From positions 244,582 to 308,581 of the forward strand of contig NMRA01000067.1 in the NCBI GenBank assembly GCA_002633005.1: a DNA stretch of 64,000 bases, given 5' to 3'. Made by a program: the position numbers and the translations under genes. The stretch is from Phoronis australis. Lineage: Eukaryota > Animalia > Phoronida. Positions within the stretch are counted from its first letter, which is position 1; the number at the start of each line of letters is the position of its first letter. The notes beneath the pieces are model-generated. The model did no database searches and had not been told where the DNA came from. It worked only from the letters and a program-made list of their open reading frames with translations. Below are positions 53,501 through 64,000 of the stretch, piece by piece.

Positions 53501-54451
53501 TTTGAGGTTCTCAGTCACTATCTTACATACCTTCACATAAAAACAAACATTAATATTATAAAGACAAATTGCTCGTGTTCCATACACAAAACAAGAAAAT
53601 TGGTGTTTGTTGGATTAATTACACCCTTTAGTTAAGTGCCAGTCACCAATATCAATAATACACCTACATTACGGACGGGATAAGAGAAAACTTTGGGGCT
53701 CATTTTCTCCAACCCAGCTCAAGTAATTTAATTCAGTGTTACATGCTTCAGTCAGTGAGGCCTTGCTTTGCTAATAACGGCATTTACTCCACAGTCAAGC
53801 TTACAGGGAAGAATTGTCAATGCCACTGTTTGGAAATTGTTGATAAGGATCTTTGTATTGAACTTGTAAATCGAGGTCAGCCGCTTTCAAAGACCAGAGC
53901 AGCACTGCTTAACATGCACATTACTACAATCCACTCCAAACACTGGGACACATGTGTTCAAGTCGCACTAAGCACCATCAGTTTTTGACAGAAATATATT
54001 TTGTACGCCTCTTCATTTGGAAGAAGTCAGATTCCAAGAATTCCGTCCGTTTTCCATGATTATCGTGGAAAATGCAATGAGTGGACTTCACGGACTGCAA
54101 ACTTACTTTATTCTACGCTAAATTAGGTCATTTTGATTTAACCTGTAAGCGTGGTTCGGCAATAACAACATTACGAAAATGAATGAACAGTACTCCTTTG
54201 TGCAGAATTATTAATTGTAAAGTACTCATAATGCTACATAGGGTAAAAATGCTTTAATCTGGGACAAAAAGAGTTACTAAAATTGGCAAGTACTGCTCAG
54301 TGACAGCTCATCCGCACAACACCAAGCCAGCAAAAAAGCTCAACTTTCCTAATATGTATTTTTGATGAAAAATTTCAGAAAGTGAAATTACACTTTTCTA
54401 CCATCTTATTTACAGAACTTTAATTAATACTGTAATTTTCCCACTGAGGTG

Positions 54452-55167
54452 TCAAAGTTCAGGCTTCTCTCGATGCTCCTCATAACCCTTAATCAATCTG
54501 TTCAGTATATTGTGAGCAAATCTCCACAGACTGTAGGCCCTATCTGGTCCAGACTCTGTGCTGTAAAGTTTAAGATTCTTGACAAATGTTGGAGGGCTTG
54601 AGAAGTCGAGAAAACTGACCGTAGCCGAGACAACCTCGCCTTGCTCGTTACAGTTAAACTGAACAAAGGAAAACACAAGGAAACGGGTGTTAACCTCACG
54701 CATAAAATGCAGTGCACCTGTCGACTCGACAGAAAACTTGTCTTTATCCTTCTGAGGGTAGAGAATATATCTGCCGATATGACCGTAATGCATTTCTAAC
54801 CGACCTTCCTTGTTCTCAACAAATGTGATGTTGCCCAGTTCAAAATTGCCATAGTCTCCCAAATACTCTCTCATAGGCCTGGAGAGCGGCAGGTCGTCGG
54901 CCACCTTTGTCTCTGGCATCACTCCATGGAAGTCCTGCTCATCCCCCCACGGTTTCGGGTAGCTCACCACGGTGCTGGTATCGAGCCAGGGCTTTTCACC
55001 GATCAGAAGGTCTGTTATATAACTCTGCAGCAGCAGGTGGCTGATGACAGCGGGCCGTCCCATTGGTCCATTTGTGTTGGTCCATATGGCGGCCTTGACA
55101 TGCGGAATGTAGGAGAGGAGACCGTCGTAGCCGTACAAGTTACCAAAGTGTGATACTATCTTGTGGC
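54452..55167 (-). CDS. Gene C exon 5
   Basis: Acceptor ctacag|GC; HKIVSHFGNLYG...REYLGDYGNFELGNITF...HREKPEL*. Confidence 0.92.
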
Positions 55168-56917
55168 CTGTAGACAGGAACAACAGTCAGTTAATGAACA
55201 GTTGAGGAACAAACAGGATTCTTCAATTTGGTGCAACAATAAACAGTGCTTGGAATGACCGATGACAAAAGCTAGGAAATTTTTCCAGATGATGCATCAT
55301 TCCACAGACTTGTGTGATAGACATATTCTTTGTGTTGCAAAATTTAACTGAAATAGTCGTTTTTGCACGAATAAAGTCAAAATAACGATGAAAAGAGACG
55401 AAAAAAGAGGAAACTGGATATCACATAAAAGGAAATCGAAACCAAAAAAGAGGAAATCCTCTTAAAAGAGGAAAATTCCAAGCCCTGAATAAATTTCAAA
55501 ACTGCCCTTCCTCAAATTTTCAGAGACTTACTACATAACTACAAATGCTCAATGTTGTTGTTTAGCAACTGCTATTATATAGAGACCATGCAAAGATACA
55601 AGTAATATTTCATGAAAACTTTACTTTTTTGAGAAATCTAACGAAATGAAAATTTCACATTTCCACCATATTGTGCCACAAACTGAACAATTTTCACCGT
55701 AATAAGGAGAACAAGTGATAAACTGTAGAACTTAGTGAAAAATAGGCAGAGAATTTATCAAGTACCAAGGAGCTATAACATGACTTATATTAGGGTGTAC
55801 TTAAAATGTTATTTTCTCTGCTCTGCCTACACTCTTTTAAATGAGCGGTTAGGTATCTAAATATAGGTAATTAAGTGGCATAGCTTTTATTTCCTGTACC
55901 TAGATCCCATGGGAATTATCACCCAAGGGGCGCCATCAATAAGCTGTGCAAAACTTGAAAATGACGTAGTGGACCAAACACATGCACGCACGCACGCACG
56001 CACGCACACACACAATCCACTTGATTTGCATATTAGATTGCTGAAATCGCTGGTCATACAATTTTCATGGTCATGTGTGCTCAGTCTTGTTGCAAAAACA
56101 ATTCATTTTTATAATTACAAAAATATTGTCAGATGGTAAATATACTGTTTTGAGTAATACACTTTAACTACAGTAAGTAACAAAATGGTAAACAAACTTT
56201 GAGTACACACAGAGGGCCCAGAAAAAAATTACTTCAGAGACATCATCATGCCCAACATTTTTTCACAATATGCAAGGATCAACAACAAGTGATAAAGATC
56301 TACTGTCAGTGATTTATCAGAAGTTTCACAGAACTGATCCAGCCAGAATCACAAGCACTATAAACAATTCTCTTTATCACCCAAGGAAAAAATGACCCAA
56401 GCCAAGTTACCTCTGTACCAGCCGATAGTCCATCCACGAGCGTAGTTATCCAGTGACCGTGTGAATGGACCAACAGGTAGCTCAAGGGCACCGTGGAACA
56501 AAGGCTGTGGGGTAACCATGATAGGATAATACAACTCTTGAAGCTTGTCAGCTGACAGAAGACTGGTGCCCTCTGGTGTCTTGCCACCAGAGACAAGGAA
56601 GTGCAGGTATTTAGTCATGTCATTGACGGTGGAGGAGATGGCACCAGCCGGACCAACAGCGCCAACATTGCTGAAGAAACAAACGCTTTAATTCACTGTC
56701 TATGACATGTATACATGTATGTGTACAGTACTGCTCACATGCCCAAAGGACAGGCATTATACCACCTGTTTCACTTTGGTGCAAATTCAACTCTTCTTTA
56801 CCTTGAGGTAGACAAATGCACCAAGTGATTGATCCAGTTTTTAAAAGGTTAGGTCACTTACACACTTCCGAGCTGAGCTAGTAAATAATGATACGATACG
56901 ATACGATACGATACGAT

Positions 56918-56957
<40 letters not shown>

Positions 56958-59900
56958 TTAACACCCTCTTCAGCTTGTCACAATTATGAACATAAACAAC
57001 GATAAAACTAAATTAACATTAGGAATTATGACTAATGACTAACTACTGTTGGGACAGGTGTACAATGGTAATAAGCACAGTGACACTGTACAACAGCGGG
57101 TGCCCTATGAATGTGCAGCATTGTGGGTATGCTACTCCACATTCAGAACAGGTGCTGGTACGTCGATGAAGCAATTAAAAGAGGCATGGAATGCGAAAGC
57201 TTGTCAAAAATATCTTTGAAAAATTTCAACAGAAAGTACCATCTCGCAACGTCTAGTAGTACAGAGTAATTCATTTTCCCCTGGGTGAAAATTTCAAGAA
57301 AAAAATCACAAAATTCATGATTTTTAAAATATGCGCGAAGGAAAAACTCTGTGGATACCACAGAGTTTGTAATCTTTCTTCCGCTTATGATAAATGCGCG
57401 CATGCCCTCACAGGTCACATTTTCCATATATGTGAAATGTGCTACGTCTATGTCTTGCCATGCCAAATGAGGGGATGTACTTAGCCTTGTGAGAGAAAAA
57501 CTGACGAAGATGCGAGCAGTTGACAGGTCGTTTTTTTTTAAATTTGAAACTAAAAGAAAATGCTTTCATATCAACAGAAATTCAAACTCTTTACAAACAA
57601 ACCCTAAAAATACCTAATGAGCAGGTTGAATTCTGTTTCAGTGGCAGGGAACCACTTTCAATATTGCAGTTTAGTCTGTTCATTATGTTCCCGGCCTCTT
57701 TACTTCAACATGCCCAGAATGACAAGCTCACTGTAACAAATTTGTTTTGACTTGTAGTCATGTAATTTCTAATTATCACAAAATCACTCACCGAACTGCC
57801 ATGGGGTCTACCAGCCTTAAGGTGTCACTGTTACTGTTCTTTCCATACGGCCTCACAAAGTTCTTGAACTCGGGTGCATGTTGGTTGTAAAACGTAGATG
57901 AAGTCATACCCAGAGGCTGGAAGAGCCGCTCTTCCATCAGCGTCTCCCATGGTTTGCCCCCCAGCTTCTCGCAGATCCGGCCAATCACCGCAAACACGAT
58001 GTTATTGTACATCATCTTGTCACGGAACATCTCCTTCGAGGAGAAGAACCTCAGACGCCTGAAACAGGTGAAAAGCACAACCCATGAGTATAGTCATATA
58101 AATAAGAGGGTGGCGGGTATCTGTCGATAAAGTGTGCTGTGAGTACGACATCGAAACAGCGAAAGATCAGATTACCAGTGAAACTGAATTAATTTGGGTG
58201 GGGATTTATCTTTTTTTCACAACTTGCTGTGTTCCTGATATGCCAGACGCCGTGCACAGACTCGGTGGATTCGTCATAAATTTATCACATAATGTTCATA
58301 TGTACACAGATGTGCAACTCACTCAGGATCAAAACAAGTTACCTCTTCGTTTTCCGTGGCATCTTTCCATGCTACGTACACTTCGTTAACTCAATCTCAC
58401 GGCAAATTGGTGAATGAAAGGTCTGTGAATTGTTGGAAGTGCACAAGCCAATCGGGAAATTCGATTTGAGTGACAAATCTGTAACCTTTGACCTTGGATA
58501 CGAAACACACAAATTTCCACGTGGATGAAGGTGGTTCTGCTAAATCTTTTTTTCTTGCCATACCGCATATATCTGGTATTTGAAATTCCCGAGAATGAAG
58601 ATAAGGTATTTTGCTAGAGATATGTGAAATATTGTAAAAATGGCTAATTTTTGTTAATAAGGTTTGAGATATCATTAAAAGATATCATGGACTGCAACAT
58701 TTGGGGGATAACCTGCAAGTGAAAAGTGAGTGTTTCAGGAGTATGCTCGAGACCTTAGTAGCATAACCAAGCAAAATGGCCGCCACTGGTAGGGATTGAT
58801 TTATGAGATTGGAATGTTAAACTGCTGGATAAAATTCATAAATTGTGCGATATAACTTAGCGTTTCCATTTTATAAGCTAAGGTTTCTTGACGGAAGTTT
58901 AAGACAAATGTATTTGGTTTTTGGAATGCAGCCCTGGTTCTGGGAAACAATTATATGTGGCGGGACGGGCTGTCGTATGCTAGTGTGAGTTATACTATTC
59001 ATACTCTGATGTCCATTGTGACATCTGCTTGAAGCTATATGTTGGCTAGTCATTGATAGGCAAAATGTTCATGCGGGTTCTCTAGAAATCTCATGGTTTG
59101 AGAGAGTCTTTGATTGGAGTTAGTGAAAAGTGGCTGTATCGATGGTAAGTACAATATATGATTGAACTGCAGTCGCTAGTCTAATTATTTTATTTGTAAA
59201 ATGCGAACCCATGATATAATAATAACTGGATGGCTAGGCATGCTGTTAAGCCAATCACAGGAAACAGTATCAGAAAGATATGATAACACAGTACCTGTAT
59301 GCCTCGTCGCGAGAGAACTCGCCATTGAGCCAAGCAACATCATCTTGCGCCAGACCAGTCCTGTGACCTATGACATCATCAATAGTCGTCTCATCAGTCA
59401 TGTAGTCATTGGGCAACTTGAAGTCATCCAGGATATCTTTCACTTTCGTTGTCCAGGTAATACTATGAAGTGAAATGATACGACGAACACTTTGAATAAA
59501 ATTTCAAAATCAATAAGCCCATAAGCTAAGAAACCAGCACCCTGCAAGCTAAATACAGCCTCATCCAGCTGACACAAAGACATTGTGTAAGGGAGATAGG
59601 GGGAGGGGGGATTCCACTGTTTTTATGGGTGTGTGTCTCTAGGAAATTAGGTACACTTGCACTATTTAAGTGCAATGAGCATGTTAATTACCCACACACT
59701 AAGCTCGTTGGCATGATCAAAAGGGACCCAGGTAATGTTGTTGTTGTAACCCTTCAGAAACCAAAACCGAATATGACATCCAGTGAAAAATTGTGTTGAA
59801 AAAAAAAACCTGCAAAAATTGACTTCCTAATCCACAACAAAGCCCTCGATGCTACAGTTTTGAAGCTGCATATCGACCCCATTCCTCTACTAATAATAAT

Positions 59901-62841
59901 CCCACAAAGTTCCCCAAAAATTACCCTCCTCCATTAATTAACAAATTACCGTCAAGATTATGATAACTAACGCAAAACATTAAGATTTTGGCTACGAGGA
60001 GGGGGTGGTCACTAGGGTGGGAAATTGGTGGTGGGGGGGGGGGGGGGGGGNNNNNNNNGGGTGCCTATATACTTCTAAGTTAAATCAATAGTTTTGTCTA
60101 GATCTAATAGGCTAAATACGCAGTGAGGTCTTTCACTATCACAGCTGATAAAACCAATGTACATCTTGAGCCACAGATTAGTAATGACTCAACCTTCTGG
60201 CAACCATAAATGTTCATGAAGCTGTGTGGAGGCCCACTGTTTACTGTGAAGCTTCAACACAAGGTACCAAGATAACAGGCCAAGGACCTAGAACATTATA
60301 TCATCGTATTATTGATTGATGTTTGCAGACCTGTCTGTGTATGTATTTCAGCCTTATTTGCATGTAACGGCTGTGTTTCTATTGAAAATTAACATCAGAT
60401 GCAATTGCTTTACTGCTGCAACCTTGGGGCAGATTATATTGTGGAGAGTGGTCTAATTGAAACGCTAACTTTTTTGACATAAAATCCATTGAAGGCAAGT
60501 TTAAACTGCGTTAGTTTTCTTATCTCATGCATCTCAGTGACTAAGGCAGGGTTCGCCAATGTTACCTCAGATTTTGTTCATGGCGACCTGGTAAAAATCC
60601 CAAGTCTCCACGCACGCATCCAAGCACACGCTCAAAATGCTACAGGAAATAAACAGACGAGAGTCGGAATTGTCCAGCAAAAAACAAGAAGGACCCGTTC
60701 ACAATCTGTGCAAAAACAAAGTGTTATACTAACAAAAACTTCTAGGCATTCACAACGTGAAACGAAAGCAAGATCAATTTGTTAGAAAGCTGTGAAATTT
60801 TACAGCATGAAATTCAGTATGCCCAGATATTACTGCAATATCACTTCATACACGTAAACTGCAATATCACTTCATAGCGTACACATAACACTGCAATATC
60901 ACTTCATAGTATACACGCAACACTTTACAAGGGACTGTATAACCAGCCTCCCGTTCAGTAACGCTACGACCTTGTGAGATATTGACGTGTATTTTAAATG
61001 AGAACACGTGACTTTGACTAGGTTTTAGCTAGGTCCTAGCGTAGGTCCTAGCGTTTACTGAACGCACGCCAGGATAAAGATGACAACTGGGTTCGATAAG
61101 ACCTGCCATTAGATCAACATCTGCTGAGATGCATTTCCTGTTCTGGCGTTTGAACCATGCACCATATTTATGAAATGTCACATTCATGAAGAATTTGTTA
61201 ATTTTGTAAAAATATACTTCTCATTTACAAGTTATTGCACAAAAAGTAGTTCACACACGGTGATGATCAGTGCTGAATGAATGGAAGTTTACTAAATACT
61301 CCAGCAGATCTGTCACTAGTTTCACTCTCTACACAACACTTTTAAAAAATTGCACTCAATTTACTCAGGTGTTTGGAGTTTCATAAATAAGCCAGCCGGC
61401 CACATGCGTGTAATTCCATACACAGGCATTTCTTCACATGCAGACGCATACACCTATAGCGACTAAATATGAGAGTGTACAGTATGCACCTAAGGCCGAG
61501 TGCATGCACTAGTATTGAGGGGGAGGTATGCGGGACATGCAGCTAACATGGTGGACTTTTTCCCTTCCAGTCTCCTTACTTAGTAAAGGAGTCTTTTCTG
61601 GCAAAGTTCCCATGACGGTACTGAGCCTTTTCTGATTAAATCCTTGCAGCTGTAAACCCGGTCAAAAATAGTCTCTTGTCATTAGGGAGACACCAACGGG
61701 CCTGTTATTCGGTGGATGACAGTGGTTCTCTAAATCAGGGACCACTATTTCCAATCGCTGCTTAACCAGACACCGACTGCGTGCTGAAGTTCAACCTATG
61801 GCTGTAGTTGGTCCACCCACCTGGCGGTGTCATATGAAATACTGTACCTATGAAATAGTGTACCCACCCGACCTTGCGCATGCGAAGTTTTGACATCATA
61901 AAACTGCGGGTAATAATGTACCAGGCCATTTAGTCATTAAGAATTGGCAAGTGCATTACGATACTTTCTTGACAAGCAATTTTAATAGGGTTAAATAATT
62001 CTCTTAAAAACTACCATATATACTGAACATACTTTGGTGCCTGAGAGTTAGCGGGAAATAAGTTTAACTGACAAGGTTGCCACTTCCCAGTTCCCACCAC
62101 ATTTAAGTACACATACGTTGCAAACAGTATAGTAAGTAACAGTCCTAAAGTTCATTTATGAATAAATTTATAATGCTTGTCATCAGTTTTTGGCCAATAG
62201 GTGACTCCAAGGCCTACTAATGAACATGATTTAGGCCTACTACTGGGAAATAGTGCGACTAGAAATTTGACAATAAAATAGTAAGAGAACCAGGTCGGAG
62301 GCATTTTCACACTTTTTAGTGATAATGATGTGAAGAATCGAAGGATACGAAAATCATGTATGTATGTCAATGTCGTCATATTGTAAACAATTAAATATTG
62401 TAATCACAAAAACAACGCCTGCTCAATGAAACACTACATACAGTACAGGGTAGCCCATGCGTCGTAGGCCTAATGCAAGGTTCAAATGCAAATAGCGTTG
62501 TACACATGCAGTACTTACCCCTTTTCGGACATCAGAATGGCAAGTAAGCTTGCAGACATCTGTTTAGACATGGAAGCAATAGGAAACAGGGTATCATCAG
62601 TCACTTTGACTTGATTTTCGATATCAGCCAAGCCGTAGCTGTGTTTTAGAATAGTCTCCCCTTCCCGAACAATGGATAGTCCAAGACCTGGAACATCGCG
62701 CCCCTTCATGACGGCTTGAACTATCTCCTCAATGCGCTTAATGTCAACTTTATCACTAGTTTTGCTGCTCATTGCTTCGTGATAGTTTGCGACTAGAAAA
62801 AGAAAGAGTAGTCTCACACAGATACGGGCGCAATTACCCAT
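54452..62841 (-). CDS. Gene C: divergent paralog, beta-lactamase-family serine hydrolase, ~577 aa, signal peptide, C-terminal KPEL, 5 coding exons
   Basis: Exons 62841-62519, 59462-59295, 58058-57792, 56670-56411, 55167-54452 join in frame (1734 nt), all GT-AG, same positions and phases as A/B. Motifs FPIASMSKQ, GHRTG, MYNN, GPAGAI, SHFGN. Confidence 0.9.
56411..56670 (-). CDS. Gene C exon 4
   Basis: NVGAVGPAGAISSTVNDMTKYL...YARGWTIGWYR; 260 nt as in A/B; donor G|GTAACT. Confidence 0.9.
56890..56958. repeat. Compound microsatellite (GATAC)n(CA)n(TA)n
   Basis: Direct reading. Confidence 0.9.
57175..57636 (-). mobile_element. Same repeat in gene C intron 3
   Basis: TTAA|AAGAGGCATGG end; homologous to 42663-43117. 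Confidence 0.65.
57792..58058 (-). CDS. Gene C exon 3
   Basis: RLRFFSSKEMFRDKMMYNNIVF...EKLGGKPWETLMEERLFQPLGM; donor CG|GTGAGT. Confidence 0.9.
59295..59462 (-). CDS. Gene C exon 2 (missed by the ORF track)
   Basis: Hand translation ITWTTKVKDILDDFKLPNDYMTDETTIDDVIGHRTGLAQDDVAWLNGEFSRDEAY; 168 nt as in A/B; donor AG|GTACTG. Confidence 0.9.
60832..60920. repeat. Three copies of ACTGCAATATCACTTCATA
   Basis: Direct reading. Confidence 0.85.
62519..62841 (-). CDS. Gene C exon 1
   Basis: MGNCARICVRLLFLFLVANYHEAMS...VPGLGLSIV...FPIASMSKQ; donor GG|GTAAGT. Confidence 0.88.
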
Positions 62842-63892
62842 TTCGTAGCAGACACGATCGACACCGGCAGAGCTTGTATTCACAGCTGTAGACTTGGTCA
62901 AATATTCAAGCGCGGGACTTGTCACAACACATATACCCACGCTTTTACAATTGTGTCAACGTAGTACCCGCGATAAAAACGATTCGAAATATTTTCAAAT
63001 GTCTTCAGATGACGAAAATTCTCTAACAAAACTTGTAGACCAACACCTGCTGAAAAAACTGTACAAACTAATCCAAGGCTAAGTTGAGAATGAACAGGCA
63101 GCTTACTTTATCGCGATCAAGCTTATGAATAACTGAAGGTGATTTTAGAAATTAGAGTCCGTCGGCAATCTCGAGGAAAGATCAGCACTCATGTGACACA
63201 AAGAGAAAGAACCCACATAACTAACTCGTGACATATCGTCACTCAGCGGAGTTGTAACGTGTAAAAATACTACGGGCCGAGTAAAATACAGGCTCGTCAT
63301 TGGTACGCCAGGGTCGGAGGCACGACTACTCAGTCAAGTGCGCGACGCCGGGACCGTGACACGTAGGACTGGGAGACCGCGCCGGTCATGAGTCACCAGC
63401 CAGGCCCACTGTTTGTTACCACCAAGAACATCGAAATCATTAACGACTTAAAACGCTTCAGAGTTTATTGTGGTTGGCCAACCCTGAAATTGCGAATTCG
63501 TAAACGATGCATCGTCGCGTGCTCGCTGAGTTTGGTTCGGAAATGTAAGCTGGTAATCCAGAATTACAGCGATCGATAAACGTACGGCCGGCGGCGGCAG
63601 GCCTATGCCACGGGGATTTTGCATGGCCGGGGCGCACTATGTTTTGAGGCCCCTGCTCGATCCCCAGGATCTCTTCTCACATTTCAGCCGGCCAATTTTA
63701 TACGTGTTGATTCATTCCAGCTGGGGTATTATAGCTGTCGCCGGCGATTATCACGAGTCACTGCGCGCATCACAGATCGTTTTGTTTACCGCCTGAAAGC
63801 AGTGCTGATAGCCGCAGAGTGGTCAAAACTTAAAGATTGGTTCACAGCTATTTGTAGTTAATATGCATACACATGAGTTGACCGTGTTAATA

Positions 63893-64000
63893 CAGTGGCG
63901 GATCTAGGATATCACAAGGGGAGCCAACATTTTGTCTGTAAGCATTTGCGCAAACCACGCTCTTGCTGTTTTACTTTTTTTTGCGGCAGCCAAGGGGGGA
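63893..64000 (+). mobile_element. Same MITE family, runs off the window end
   Basis: CAGTGGCGGATCTAGGATATCACAAGGGG start. Confidence 0.65.

Noticed and set aside
60832-60920. CRISPR-like repeat-spacer pattern
   Set aside because: Only three 19-bp repeats with 8-13 nt related spacers, in a eukaryotic intron with no cas genes.
15096-62841. Bacterial contamination or a true antibiotic-resistance locus
   Set aside because: Spliceosomal introns at conserved positions and eukaryotic transposons throughout; beta-lactam hydrolysis cannot be inferred from the motifs alone.
63290-63800. CpG-rich stretch upstream of gene C as a promoter or neighbouring gene start
   Set aside because: Plausible, but no diagnostic motif, splice structure or recognisable protein supports a call.

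Overview
Eukaryotic, AT-rich, intron-containing and transposon-dense DNA, most consistent with an invertebrate animal; the species cannot be determined from the sequence. The core is a cluster of three paralogous five-exon genes (A+, B+, C-, about 575-577 aa). They encode secreted-pathway serine hydrolases of the beta-lactamase/penicillin-binding-protein fold (SxxK, YxN and HxG motifs plus a DUF3471-like C-terminal domain). A and B come from a large tandem duplication, end in a GPI-anchor-like signal and share a non-canonical GC-AG intron 2. The divergent, convergently transcribed paralog C ends in an ER-retrieval-like KPEL. Upstream of A lies a multi-level transposon nest: a Helitron contains a 9-bp-TSD MITE, which carries a young 5'-truncated LINE, and also a TTAA/Kolobok-type element with an inverted copy of itself inside. 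Elsewhere are an L1/Tx1 relic, a hAT transposase relic, tRNA-derived SINEs, a 5-bp-TSD MITE family and microsatellites. All coordinates, alignments and family assignments were made by eye; no database searches were run.
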